Source: an uncultured Planctomycetota bacterium
GTDB lineage: Bacteria > Planctomycetota > Planctomycetia > Isosphaerales > Isosphaeraceae
Assembly (NCBI GenBank): GCA_963823665.1
Contig: CAWGMQ010000003.1
Coordinates: 1,728,001 to 1,792,000, forward strand
Direction: 5' to 3'
Length of the DNA stretch: 64,000 nucleotides
Each line of letters opens with the position of its first letter. The first letter of the stretch is position 1. The notes under the pieces are model-generated. The model made no database searches, was not told the DNA's origin, and saw nothing but the letters and a program-made list of their open reading frames with translations. Shown in pieces: positions 1 through 10,522 of the stretch. Position numbers and translations under genes: made by a program.

Positions 1-1386
1 GAGCCCGTTTCAGAGTCCCCGGGGCTGCTGAACCAGACGATGTCGAACGGCCTGCCGAGCGGCCTTACGAACATCAACGTCGCTACCCTTCTCATCGGCG
101 GCAATGACTACGAAGCCGACATCGAAAGCGTCCTGTCCACGGTCGCAGCCGCCACATCGATCCCACCCAGCGACACGAACATCGGAGAATTCCTCGGCAA
201 ATCACTCTACAATGCCTTCACCGGCTTGTCCCAGGGCTCGATCCCGTTTGATATCGCGACGGGAGTGAGTAACGCTCTCACGGCGATCACCGCCCAGAAA
301 TCGCAGTTCCCCATCGTCGTGGTGAGTCCTCCCAACTTGGCCTACACACCCCTCGTGCAGAGTGCGAATTCCATTGTGAACGGTTTCAACCTTCCCCTCA
401 TCCCGCAGAACACACTGTTAGGACTCTTCAACGCGGCCGCATCTTTAACTGACAGTCTTCTCACAAATATCGTCGGGAATTTCGCCAAGGCCGATCCCAA
501 CATCCGATTCCTGAACCTCGACTCACAGGTGCTAGACCCGATCCTCGGCAGCCCAACGAACATCCAGAATCTGGTGATCGGTGGCAAGAACGGAACGATC
601 ATCAATTCGACGGCCGCCGGCCCCGTCTACACCGACTTCTTCGTTGGTGACAGTTTCCATCCGGGCACAGTCGCCCAGGCGCTGCTTGCCAACGCGATCG
701 TGGGCCAGATCAACACGATCCAGGTCCCGGTCATCCAGAACAACAAGATCACACCTCTGAGCGACGCGGAGATCCTGGCCTACGCACAAGCGGTTCAGCC
801 GGTCACAAAGGTCACGCTGACAGGACCCACCGCCTCGGTGCCTCTGGGTTCTCCGGCCACGTTCATGGTCCAGATCCCCAGTTTCGCCAACGTCCCTGAT
901 CCGGATCAAAACGCGAAGAATTTCGACCAGTATCCGCCGACGGGCTCGGTCACATTCATCGATGTCGCCCAGGGTAACAAGGTGCTTGGCGTCGCCAGCT
1001 TGATACCCCAGGGAAGCGGCGGGACCTTCACCGGCAGCATTGCCACGTTCACCACCAGCACGCTGAATGTGGGGCTTCACCAGGTGGTGGCGATCTACAA
1101 CGGCGATACGGTGTACCCGAGCGCCTCGACCGCCACCGCGACGGTGTACGTCGGCAAGCCCATGCAGGCGCAAGTCTTCTCGGCCGTCACGAACCTCCAG
1201 ACGCAGCTTGGCGTGCAGATCGCCGAGGCTCGAGTGAACCTTTGGAACACTGAACTGAGTCGAGGCGCGCGGCCTCGCCGAGTTGCCCGGGCCGCCGTGA
1301 TGTATCTCTACACCCACACCAAGCTGCCCCGCCAGCAAGCGGTCCGGCTGGTCGACAAGGCACTGCATTCAATCAATTCCGTTTGA
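1..1386 (+). CDS. SGNH/GDSL-family hydrolase with C-terminal bacterial Ig-like domain (probably 5'-partial)
   Basis: SGNH block III 'IGGNDY' and block V 'GDSFHP'. Ig-like (Big_3) signature 'PTGSVTF...ATFTTSTLNVGLHQVVAIYNGD'. Frame is open from base 1 and block I (GDS) is not seen, so the start is likely upstream of the window. Confidence 0.75.
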   Translation, partial: EPVSESPGLLNQTMSNGLPSGLTNINVATLLIGGNDYEADIESVLSTVAAATSIPPSDTNIGEFLGKSLYNAFTGLSQGSIPFDIATGVSNALTAITAQKSQFPIVVVSPPNLAYTPLVQSANSIVNGFNLPLIPQNTLLGLFNAAASLTDSLLTNIVGNFAKADPNIRFLNLDSQVLDPILGSPTNIQNLVIGGKNGTIINSTAAGPVYTDFFVGDSFHPGTVAQALLANAIVGQINTIQVPVIQNNKITPLSDAEILAYAQAVQPVTKVTLTGPTASVPLGSPATFMVQIPSFANVPDPDQNAKNFDQYPPTGSVTFIDVAQGNKVLGVASLIPQGSGGTFTGSIATFTTSTLNVGLHQVVAIYNGDTVYPSASTATATVYVGKPMQAQVFSAVTNLQTQLGVQIAEARVNLWNTELSRGARPRRVARAAVMYLYTHTKLPRQQAVRLVDKALHSINSV

Positions 1387-1480
1387 GCTGCTCGTCAAGG
1401 GGGGGCGAAGCAGACTGGACGCGGGCTGGCTGTCCGCGATTGACCTGGAATTCCGATTCACGAGCGAGGAACCCGCGCTG

Positions 1481-2335
1481 ATGGAAGCATTCGCGCAATT
1501 GCGCTATGGCTTTGTTTCTTGTCTGGGACGCTTGCTCTCGGACGTCGAGCTCAACTCCGTATCCCCAATTCGCATCGACCAACAGACGCACTTCGCAAAA
1601 CGGCGTCTCCGCTTCGTCGCTCCGCTGATCGCCGCCGGGAATCTCTACCTCAAGCGAGAGGGTGCCCACGCGCGGGTTCTGTCAGATCGCGAGTGGCGAA
1701 ACTGGGAAACCAAGGTCTATCGTGCGATCTACGATATTGAGCTGGTGACCGACGAACGCGGACGGCTTTGCGTTCCCGCGCGTTCCGGCGTCAACTTGGC
1801 AGCTTATCTCCAGTCAGAGTCAGCCACCCAACCAGAAAAACTCAGCGCGATCGGCTTGGCGGTCCGGTCGCTCTACCGGCTTCACGCCGTCATCATGCAG
1901 TGGCCGGATGGGCAGAACCGCCCGCTGAGCCACGGCGACGCAACCGTGGAAAACGTGATCATCGACGACGCTTGCGTGAACGCGTCCTGGCTCGATTTTG
2001 ACACCATACATGAGAGCCGGATGGACGCCGCCTGGCGGCATGCGGATGATCTTCGAGCGCTCACCTATTCCGCTGCAGCAAGACTTCCTGCCTCTTCGTT
2101 CCCGGAACTGACCCGGACGATCGTCGCGAATTACGGTTCTACCGTACCGCTTGACGCTCTCGAGGAGATCGTGGCTTATAGGCGGAACCGTCCGATCAGT
2201 TTCCACCTGGCGCAAGCGCGAGTCGCCTTCCGAAAGCGTCGGCTGCTCGATGACGCTTTGCAGCGCTCGCTCTCACAACAAAGTCGAATTACTCAAATGG
2301 CGGCGGATCGCCCGGCTTCGAGCGCCGTGCGGTAG
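1481..2335 (+). CDS. protein-kinase-like / aminoglycoside-phosphotransferase-fold protein
   Basis: 'LSHGDATVENV' catalytic-loop-like motif followed by 'WLDFD' metal-binding-like motif and 'ADDLRAL'. Confidence 0.55.
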   Translation: MEAFAQLRYGFVSCLGRLLSDVELNSVSPIRIDQQTHFAKRRLRFVAPLIAAGNLYLKREGAHARVLSDREWRNWETKVYRAIYDIELVTDERGRLCVPARSGVNLAAYLQSESATQPEKLSAIGLAVRSLYRLHAVIMQWPDGQNRPLSHGDATVENVIIDDACVNASWLDFDTIHESRMDAAWRHADDLRALTYSAAARLPASSFPELTRTIVANYGSTVPLDALEEIVAYRRNRPISFHLAQARVAFRKRRLLDDALQRSLSQQSRITQMAADRPASSAVR

Positions 2336-2732
2336 GACAAAAGGCTGTTTTCCAGAATCACCCTCGCGACTCCCTCATCGATGGCAGCTACGTGGAGCGT
2401 CACCATTCCCAGGCCGCCTTTTCCATAGAGCGATATCTTGTTCGGATCGACATCATTTCGCGCACGCATCCAGTTCAAGATTCGTAACGAGTCGTCGACC
2501 CGCATCCCGACAATCGTCTTGCCGACCACGATCGCTCGCAGCAATTCCGGCATGTACTGCCCCAATGCGAGTTGCTCGGGACCGCTCTGGGGCTCTCCCA
2601 GCACGTCGCGGGGATGAGCGCTGGGTTGGCTCCAAAGCCTCCACGACCCGGGTTCTGCGCGACGGCCAGCGCGCCCATCGCAACGAACAGAATTGCGAAT
2701 GAAGTGGACACTCTCTGGAAAAAGGTGTGCAT
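2320..2732 (-). pseudogene. remnant of a secreted alpha/beta-hydrolase (acetylxylan-esterase-like), internally deleted
   Basis: Signal peptide 'MHTFFQRVSTSFAILFVAMGALAVAQ' (start 2732) is joined out of frame to a hydrolase C-domain fragment 'GKTIVGMRVDDSLRILNWMRARNDVDPNKISLYGKG...LHVAAIDE'. It runs into the 3' end of the convergent ORF. Confidence 0.55.
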
Positions 2733-2901
2733 TGTTTATGTGTCCCTTGCTGAGCGAAATCGACTGCTCTCTTGTATCAGGCGCCGCTCGGAGCCGAAAG
2801 GGACGGCAGGCTCCTTGTGACCAACCAGCGATTGTGGACGCGACCGTCTCCCGCAAGAAAACGTGATCCTCGATCCGTTCTCCTCTCTGCTCCGTTCTTG
2901 A

Positions 2902-2957
2902 TTTAACGGCAGTTTAACGGCACAATAACGGAAGTTGCCATTGCCGACAAACTGCCG
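2902..2957. promoter_or_regulatory. phased direct/inverted repeat array (putative operator) upstream of the Fic gene
   Basis: TAACGG at 2904, 2915 and 2926 (11-bp period). Inverted TGCCG at 2942 and 2953 (11-bp period), ending 2 bp before the ATG. Confidence 0.55.
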
Positions 2958-2959
2958 AT

Positions 2960-4051
2960 ATGCCATTCAAACCCGCGTTCACAATCACTGCGAACATCGC
3001 TCGAAGCCTGATGCGAATCGAGGCGGCGCGCCAGGCGGTTGAGGACTTGCCAATCACGCCCTCGGTCCTGGCGACTTTGCGGGCGACCTCACGCCTGTCG
3101 TCGACCCATTATTCGACGATGATCGAAGGTAATCAGCTCACTCCCGAGCAGGTGGGCAAAGTAATCGGCGAGCACCAGCGCTTCCCCGGCCGCGAGCGCG
3201 ACGAGAAGGAAGTGCTCGGCTACTTTACGGCCTTGGCGAAAGCCGAATCGATCGCCGACTCCCGCAGTGCGGTGACGGAATCGCAGATCGGGCTCCTCCA
3301 CGGCCTGGTGATGGCTGGTGGGCGCAAGACCGCCAAACCAACGCCCTATCGCGACGGCCAGAACGTCATCCGCGATAGCCGGAGCCGCGGCATTGTTTAT
3401 ATGCCGCCGGAGGCCAGGGATGTGCCGAAACTCATGCAGGAGCTGGCGGCATGGATCAAAGCACCGAACCAGGAGGGCCTGCCATGCCCGCTTCGCGCCG
3501 GGATCGCCCACTATCAGTTCGCCACGATCCATCCCTATTACGACGGCAACGGCAGAACGGCACGGCTGCTGACAACCCTGATCCTGCACCTGGGCGGTTA
3601 CGACCTGAAAGGGCTTTATTCACTGGAAGAATACTATGCCCGCGACCTTGGCGCTTATTACGCAGCCCTCGCCATCGGCCCGTCGCACAACTACTACCAA
3701 GGGCGGGCGGAAGCGGATATCACGAAATGGCTGGAGTACTTCTGCGACGGCATGGCGGAGAGTTTCGAGAATGTACAGAAGTGCGCGAGAGAAGCTGCCG
3801 GAAGCGGGGCCCAAGACCGATCGGCGGCGCTGCGTCGGCTCGACCCGCGCCAGCGCGCGGCACTCGAGCTGCTTAGCAAGCGCGACATGATCACAAGTCG
3901 CGATATCGAAGCGCTTTTTGGAATCTCGCAACGCGCTGCCCGCAATCTCCTGACCAGATGGGTGGGCGATGGTTTCCTGCTTGTCGCCGATCCGGCCAAA
4001 AAGAGCCGAAAATATCGGCTGGCTAAGGAATTCCAGGAGATCATGTCCTGA
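2960..4051 (+). CDS. Fic family protein (class II, autoinhibited) with C-terminal winged HTH
   Basis: Fic motif 'HPYYDGNGRTAR'; N-terminal inhibitory motif 'STMIEGN'; C-terminal HTH-like 'ITSRDIEALFGISQRAARNLLTRWV'. Confidence 0.9.
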   Translation: MPFKPAFTITANIARSLMRIEAARQAVEDLPITPSVLATLRATSRLSSTHYSTMIEGNQLTPEQVGKVIGEHQRFPGRERDEKEVLGYFTALAKAESIADSRSAVTESQIGLLHGLVMAGGRKTAKPTPYRDGQNVIRDSRSRGIVYMPPEARDVPKLMQELAAWIKAPNQEGLPCPLRAGIAHYQFATIHPYYDGNGRTARLLTTLILHLGGYDLKGLYSLEEYYARDLGAYYAALAIGPSHNYYQGRAEADITKWLEYFCDGMAESFENVQKCAREAAGSGAQDRSAALRRLDPRQRAALELLSKRDMITSRDIEALFGISQRAARNLLTRWVGDGFLLVADPAKKSRKYRLAKEFQEIMS

Positions 4052-4092
4052 TCTCCGTGAGGACCCGACTGCGACTCCCGAGTCCAGCTCAT

Positions 4093-6016
4093 TCAAGGCA
4101 ACACCGAAAGCTCGATGTGACTCGCGTTCTCGCGATTGCGGTAGACACGCTGGGTCGCGGCAGTGAAGTCCGACGCCTTGGCCTCGAAGATGTTGGGGAC
4201 GAATTTCTGCGGATTGCGGTCGATCAAGGGAAACCAGGTGCTCTGGATCTGCACCATGATCTTGTGCCCCTTTTTGAAGCGGTGGTCGGTCCAGTGAAGA
4301 TCGATCGAATATGGTTCCACCTGCCCGGACGCGACCGGCTCGGGGCGTTCGAAGCTCTTGCGGAATCGAACGCGACAGACCTCGTTGGCAATCATGAGCT
4401 GGTAGCCGGCGAGCGAATTGTCCGGGCTATCGGGATAGACATCGATCAGCTTGACGATCCAGTCGCCGTCGGTCCCGCTTGTCGAGGCGAAGAGCCGCGC
4501 GACGACCGGGCCGGCGACGTCGACGTCTTGCGACAAAGCGGCTCGGACTCATAGCTGAGAACGTCGGGGCGGAGGTGGACGAATCGCTGATCCTGCACCA
4601 GCCACTCGCTCCACCGGCGATTCGAATAGACGGGCGAGATCGGCCGGGCGTAGTAGGGCACGGGCCGGGTCGGGTCGGAGACATATTCGTCGAAGCCTGG
4701 CACGTCGCCGGCCGTGGCCGGCGGTGCTTCGAACGCGAGGCGGCCTCCGGCATGCAGGTAAAGCCGTCGGGTCGAGCTTCCTCGAGGTGGCCAGCGGTCG
4801 TACGACTTCCACGCATTGGCCCCGGTCCGGAAGCTCAACACTTCTGGGAACTCGCCACGAACGGCGGTGCCAGCCTCTTCCTTGGCCGGACCACCGCCGA
4901 ACTCCTTCTCGAGTGCGACCGACCGGTCCTTGAGGTAGTGGGCGAAGAACGGGCGCTGGATCTTCTCACGATACTGCCGGGCCGTAGGCGCATCGAACTT
5001 GATCGGCCCGAGGTGGTCACCGGCCCCGTTGCTCCAACCGCCATGATTCCACGGTCCCGACGACCAGGGTGCTCAGGCGGCCGGTATCCTGCTTCTCCCA
5101 CGTCTCGTAGATCTTGAGCGGGCCGTAGAAGTCCTCCTGGTCCCACCAGCCGGCGACGTTGAGCGTCGGGACCTTGGGCCGGGTCAGGATCCGCGCGACG
5201 GCCTGCTTGCTGCCAGAATTGATCGTAATTCGGGTGGTGGACGAAGTCGTTCCAGGTCGGGAGCTTCTCGTGGAAGTAGCGCGCGTTGGCCGAGGAGAGC
5301 GGGCCCAGGGCCAGGAACCATTCGTAGGTGTCATGGCGGTCGAACTGGAAGAACTGAATGCCCCGGTCGCTCTCCATCTGTGCGACGTATTCGAACCCGT
5401 AGCTGAGCCGGAACGCGCCGTTGTGGTGGAAATCGTCGCCGAGGAACATGTCGGCCGGCGACGCCTGGGGCGAAGCCGCCTTGAGCGCCGGATGCGGCTC
5501 GAGCAGGGCCATGACGGTCAGCCAGCCGTCGTAGGAGACACCCAGCATGCCGACTCGCCCGTTGTGTCCCCGAACGTTCTTGATCAGCCAATCGATCGTG
5601 TCGTAGGCGTCGGTCCCTTCGTCGATGGCCTTCGGGTCGGCCCGGTCGCGCGGGGCGCGGATCATGGCGAACTCCCCCTCCGAGCGGAACTTCCCCCGGA
5701 TGTCCTGGAAGGCGAAGACATAACCGTCGTCGGCCAGCTCCTTGAGGCTCGTCTGGAACATCGCGGTCCGGCCGTCGATGCCGTACGGGGTCCGCATGAA
5801 CAGAATTGGCAGAGCATCAGGCGCACCCTTGGGCGAAAACACCAGCGTGTGGAGCTTGACCCCATCCCGCATCGCGACCATCGCCTCGACGGTCTCGAAT
5901 TCCGGTACTTCGACGGGCGCTGCATCGCCCCACTTGACCAAGAAAAGGACTGCGGCGAGCGCCCACGCGGCGGTCGCGGCTCGAGACCAGAACCGAGGCA
6001 TTCTCGTCATCATCAT
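4093..6016 (-). CDS. CocE/NonD family serine hydrolase (alpha-amino acid ester hydrolase-like), split by several frameshifts
   Basis: Signal peptide; 'MRDGVKLHT', 'RTPYG', 'QDIRGKFRSEG'; nucleophile 'GVSYDG'; 'GDDFHHNGAFRL'; 'GWWDQEDFYG'; C-domain 'IMVQIQSTWFPLIDRNPQKFV'. Pieces lie in ORFs 4835-6016, 5017-5334, 4446-4841 and 4093-4536. Confidence 0.9.
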
Positions 6017-6366
6017 CGCGAATCAGCTCCTTTAGCTGACGCCGCAAGCCGGAAAGCTCATTTCACGCTGAACCATCATACCCAACCGGCTCGTCATTTT
6101 TCGTGCTCTTGGGATGCGCTGCGTGCCAACCAAGTCGCATGGGCCGGGAATTAGACGGAGTGCCTGGCCTTCGGTCCGACTCGGGCCGAGGCGATTCTGC
6201 GGAATTCTGTATTCGGAGCGGCCGTCGCACGCACTAACGAAGGTAGACGAGTCCGAATGACGATTGAGCTGCGAGTGGGAGTCTGCCCGCGCGGAATGGG
6301 TCATCCCTCGTGTCTTCTCGTTCCGTCCGAACCTCATCAACGAGCTGCAACCCAGGAGTCAATGTC

Positions 6367-7512
6367 GTGACGATCTTCGATCGCCGGTCTTCCTCGCATC
6401 GCGATTCGGCCCACCGACCCCGCCGCACCAACTGCGCTCCCCGCAGGCGGTTCGCCCCAGCCCTGGACCCGCTGGAGGGCCGAGCCCTGCTCAGCAACTT
6501 GGTCGTCACCGACAACCATGACAGCGGGCCCGGCTCGCTCCGCCAGGCCATCCAGGACGCCCACTCCGGCGATACCATCGCGTTCGCGCCCAACCTCCGC
6601 GGCGAGACCATCACCCTGACCAGCGGCGAGCTCGATGTCAGCAAAAGCCTCGCTATCGACGGCCCGGGCGCCGACCAACTGTCCGTCAGCGGAGACGATT
6701 CCAGCCGCGTGTTCAAGATTAGCCAAGGCGCGAATGTCTCGATCTCCGGCCTGACGATCACCGACGGCGAGGCCGCTCAAGGGGGCGGGATCTTCAATTC
6801 CGGCACGCTGACGCTCGAGCATTGCGACGTCGCCGCCAACCGGGTGGTGGCCAGCACGTCCGGCGGCACTATGCAAGGTGGCGGAATCTACAGCGCCGCC
6901 GCCGCCCTCACCATCTTGAACAGCACGTTGAGCGACAACCAGGCCGACGGCGGATCCAGCGCCTCGGGTTCCGGCGGCAACGGCCAGGGCGGCGGCATTT
7001 ATTACGCTCCCTCCGGTTCTCAAGGCACCCTCGTCCTCGCGCCCCTTACTATCACGGACAGCACACTGGCCGGCAACCAGGCGATCGGCGGCGCCACCGG
7101 AAGCGACTTCAACTTCTCCGGAGTAGGCCAGGGCGGCGGCATCATGGTTCTCTCCGGCTCGACCGTGACGATCGCTGGCTGCACCATCAACGGCAACGAA
7201 GCAGTCAGCGGTGGCGGCGTCAACCCCTTCTTGGCGATCGGGGGCGCCATCTATAACGCTGGGCCGGTTTCCGCACCGGCCGGACCGCTCCCCGCCGCCG
7301 ACCTGGCGCTAACCGACGCCCTCATCATCGGGAACCTCGCGCAACGCGGCGACGCCGGTGAAGGCGATCCCGACGGCAGCTCCGGCCCGGGCACCGGCGG
7401 CGGCATCTACCTCGCCTCAGGTGGCACTGCCACTCTGAGAAAGACCGTCGTCGCCGGCAATCACGCCTCCACGAGCAATGACAACATCTACGGCTCTTAC
7501 ACCACGACCTGA
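6367..7512 (+). CDS. planctomycete extracellular protein with Gly-rich beta-helix (polymorphic-membrane-protein-like) repeats
   Basis: 'PALDPLEGRALLS' planctomycete export-associated motif, 'DSGPGSLRQAI', repeated 'GGGI(Y/F)'. GTG at 6367 follows CAGGAG. Confidence 0.8.
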   Translation: MTIFDRRSSSHRDSAHRPRRTNCAPRRRFAPALDPLEGRALLSNLVVTDNHDSGPGSLRQAIQDAHSGDTIAFAPNLRGETITLTSGELDVSKSLAIDGPGADQLSVSGDDSSRVFKISQGANVSISGLTITDGEAAQGGGIFNSGTLTLEHCDVAANRVVASTSGGTMQGGGIYSAAAALTILNSTLSDNQADGGSSASGSGGNGQGGGIYYAPSGSQGTLVLAPLTITDSTLAGNQAIGGATGSDFNFSGVGQGGGIMVLSGSTVTIAGCTINGNEAVSGGGVNPFLAIGGAIYNAGPVSAPAGPLPAADLALTDALIIGNLAQRGDAGEGDPDGSSGPGTGGGIYLASGGTATLRKTVVAGNHASTSNDNIYGSYTTT

Positions 7513-7601
7513 CGGATCCACATCCGACCCGGCGGGGCACGTCCTCGCCGGGCCTCAGAGCACGCGATCAACCTCAGAGCCTCCCTCTGAGCTCGATGGT
7601 G

Positions 7602-8429
7602 TTATTCCATCGCTCGCGCCAGCTCCGCAACAAACTGGCCGATCTCGCGTACGACGTCGCCGTGCGGCCGGGTCGGCGACTCCGCCATCCGCCGCACGAT
7701 TGCACTGCCGACGATCAAGCCGTCGGCAACCGGCACAAGCTGCCGCACCTGCTCCGGGCCGCTGATCCCAAACCCCACGCAGATCGGCAAGTCCGTCTGG
7801 GTCCGTAGCCAGGAGACCGCTTCGACCACTTCTTCAGGCAAGGCCTTGCGCTCGCCGGTGATTCCCGCGACCGAGACATAATAGATGAAGCCAGTCGTCG
7901 TCCGGGCGATCTCAACGGCCCGCTCTCTGGGCGTGGTCGGCGTGATGAGCTGGATCAGCTTGACGCTGCGTGCGGTCGCCATCTCACGCAGCCGCGCTGA
8001 TTCCTCGACGGGCAGGTCCGGAACAATCAAACCGTCCAGCCCGGCGGCCGCCGCTTCGTCCAGGAATCGCTCGACGCCCTGGCGATGAACGATCGCGAAC
8101 GAGACCATTCCGACCAGTGGCGTCGCTTCGAGCCGCGCCGCCCCGTCTGCGCGAAGGGTGCGTATCATCTCGAAGATGCGCGGGATCTTCACGCCGTGCT
8201 CCAGCGCCCGATGGTAGCTCGCGGCGATCACCGGCCCATCTGCAATTGGATCAGAATACGGAAATCCGATTTCGACCAGATGCGCACCCGAAGCAACTAC
8301 CTCGGAAATCAGCGTCGCCGTCGTCGCAAGATCGGGATCACCCGCCGTCACGAACGGCATCAGCGCCCGGCGTTTGTTGGTCCGGAGCTTTGAGAACAAG
8401 GCGTCAATGCGGTTCGTAGGGTCCGCCAC
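7602..8429 (-). CDS. trpA: tryptophan synthase alpha subunit
   Basis: 'MPFVTAGDP', 'EIGFPYSDPIADGPVI', 'GFIYYVSVAGITG', 'VGFGIS', 'ADGLIVGSA'. GTG start inferred. Confidence 0.97.
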   Translation of the reverse strand: MADPTNRIDALFSKLRTNKRRALMPFVTAGDPDLATTATLISEVVASGAHLVEIGFPYSDPIADGPVIAASYHRALEHGVKIPRIFEMIRTLRADGAARLEATPLVGMVSFAIVHRQGVERFLDEAAAAGLDGLIVPDLPVEESARLREMATARSVKLIQLITPTTPRERAVEIARTTTGFIYYVSVAGITGERKALPEEVVEAVSWLRTQTDLPICVGFGISGPEQVRQLVPVADGLIVGSAIVRRMAESPTRPHGDVVREIGQFVAELARAME

Positions 8430-8490
8430 TGCGGACCGATCTTTTTCGCCATGGTCCTCTCGGAAATCAGTCCGCAACGGCGGACCCAAC

Positions 8491-9750
8491 TCAGATCGAT
8501 TCACTCCGGAGCCGCGCGATCTCGTACGCATCCTTGTCGCCGCGGCCCGAGAGGCAGACAACCAGGATCTTCCCCGGCCCGAGCGCGGTCGCTTCTTTGA
8601 ACGCTTGTGCGACCGCGTGGCTCGATTCCAGGGCGGGAAGAATGCCTTCGTGCCGGGCGGTCACATTGTACGCTTCGAGCGCTTCGGCATCCGTGATCGA
8701 TTCATACCGCGCACGGCCGATTTCTTTCCAGAAGCTGTGCTCCGGGCCGACACCCGGATAATCGAGGCCCGCCGAGATCGAGTGCACATCGGAGGTCTGT
8801 CCATCCTCATTCTGGAGCACGTAGCTGTAGCTTCCATGAAGCACTCCCGGCTGGCCCTGAGTAAGGCTGGCCGCGTGCTCGCCTACCTGCGGCCCCCGGC
8901 CGCCGGCCTCCGCTCCAACAAGCGCGACGTCCTGGTCGTCGATGAACGGCGCAAAGATCCCGGCCGCGTTCGACCCGCCCCCGACGCAGGCGACCAGCAT
9001 GTCCGGAAGGCGGCCAATCTGCTCGAGACATTGAGCCTTCGTCTCCCGGCCGATGACGGATTGGAAGTCACGAACGATCATCGGGAAAGGGTGCGGCCCG
9101 ACGACGCTGCCAATCGTATAATGCGTGGTGGCCGACGAGCCCATCCAGTCGCGCATCGCCTCGTTGGTCGCGTCGCGAAGGGTGCGCGAGCCCGTTGCCA
9201 CCGAGACCACACTCGCCCCCAGCGTCCTCATGTTGAAGACGTTCAGCTTCTGACGACGGATGTCTTCTTCACCCATGTAAACCGTGCACTCGACTCCAAA
9301 GAGGGCGCACGCGGTCGCGGTGGCCACGCCGTGCTGGCCGGCGCCCGTCTCGGCAATCACGCGCTTCTTCTTCATCCGCTCGGCCAGCATCACCTGCCCG
9401 ATCGCGTTGTTGATCTTGTGGGCACCGGTGTGATTCAGGTCCTCGCGCTTCAGGTAGATCTCTGCTCCGCCGGCGAATTTGGTCAGACGCTGGGCGTGAA
9501 ACAGCGGCGAAGGGCGCCCGACGTAGTGCTTCAAGTAGCCGTTCAGCCGCTTCTGGAATTCCGGGTCGGACCTGGCCTCTTCATAGGCCACGGTGAGCTG
9601 ATTGAGCGCGTTCATCAGCGTCTCGGGCACGAATCGGCCTCCGAACGGCCCGAACCGCCCCAAAACGTCTGGACCCGTGATCGGAACGTCGAATGGCAGG
9701 GCCTCGGGCGCCTGATCGTGAGGCCTGCCCGTCGTCATGAATCTGGTCAT
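8491..9750 (-). CDS. trpB: tryptophan synthase beta subunit
   Basis: PLP-lysine motif '[16 protein letters not shown]', '[10 protein letters not shown]', '[13 protein letters not shown]', 'LSGRGDKD'. Confidence 0.98.
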   Translation of the reverse strand: MTRFMTTGRPHDQAPEALPFDVPITGPDVLGRFGPFGGRFVPETLMNALNQLTVAYEEARSDPEFQKRLNGYLKHYVGRPSPLFHAQRLTKFAGGAEIYLKREDLNHTGAHKINNAIGQVMLAERMKKKRVIAETGAGQHGVATATACALFGVECTVYMGEEDIRRQKLNVFNMRTLGASVVSVATGSRTLRDATNEAMRDWMGSSATTHYTIGSVVGPHPFPMIVRDFQSVIGRETKAQCLEQIGRLPDMLVACVGGGSNAAGIFAPFIDDQDVALVGAEAGGRGPQVGEHAASLTQGQPGVLHGSYSYVLQNEDGQTSDVHSISAGLDYPGVGPEHSFWKEIGRARYESITDAEALEAYNVTARHEGILPALESSHAVAQAFKEATALGPGKILVVCLSGRGDKDAYEIARLRSESI

Positions 9751-10274
9751 CGCGTGGTGATTCCTCGCCGGGTTCGGTCAAGCTCTCTGCTCGCTCGCGG
9801 AATCGAATCACCACCACCAGCGAGACTTCCCGCGCGCAGGCACTGTTTCCTGCGATCGGCTTCATCGTCGTCGGCTGCTTCGGTGTAGAAGTCGAAGAAC
9901 CGCTGGCCGGCAAAGTAATCGGCCATCGCCTTCCGGACAGTGCGCAACTGACTCTGGAACCTTGCGTATTGACGGAGAAATCGCCTGCGATCGGCCTCGG
10001 GCATCTCCAGGATGTCGACATAATACCGGTCACCTGTCGCCGGATCGCGGAAACTCCACAGTCGCTTGACCCGCGTGCCTGTGTCTGGGTCGTCGTATTC
10101 GAGCAAGCGTGCATAGTGCCGCGCTTTCATCTTCTTGGCGAAGGCAACCAGGCCGGCATTGGATTCAAACCCGCGGATTTCCTCGATCCATTTGACGATG
10201 TCGTCGGTTTGAAGCCGTGGACCTTTCTCCTCGCAAAGTTCTTTCAGGCTCGCGACGATCTCAGCGGTTCCCAT
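9747..10274 (-). CDS. hypothetical protein overlapping the trpB start (ATGA)
   Basis: 175-aa ORF with protein-like composition and a GAGGGAG RBS. Its stop overlaps the trpB ATG. Confidence 0.65.
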   Translation of the reverse strand: MGTAEIVASLKELCEEKGPRLQTDDIVKWIEEIRGFESNAGLVAFAKKMKARHYARLLEYDDPDTGTRVKRLWSFRDPATGDRYYVDILEMPEADRRRFLRQYARFQSQLRTVRKAMADYFAGQRFFDFYTEAADDDEADRRKQCLRAGSLAGGGDSIPRASRELDRTRRGITTR

Positions 10275-10522
10275 TGGCGCGCTCCCTCGATGGGTCCCAT
10301 GTCATTCAAGCGGGTTTCCGCATTCCCTCGAGCGGGTCAACCTCGAGAGCCCCTCAATCTTCCGGGATTCGAGCGGGCCTGTCCAGATGTGTCGATGCGC
10401 CTTCGTTCACGCTCACTTGCCCGGCTGGTCCCTTTTCCGTGGTTGCCCGCAGCCTCATAATAGCATGGAGTCGGCATTCGGCGCGAATCGCCGCGGCCCC
10501 CCAGAAGCCGAAGGAGGGAATC

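Noticed and set aside
8374..9888. Long antisense ORFs (e.g. 8374-9888, 17915-19825, 29416-31350, 55682-57004)
   Set aside because: These are shadow frames of well-supported opposite-strand genes in GC-rich DNA, with no motifs of their own.
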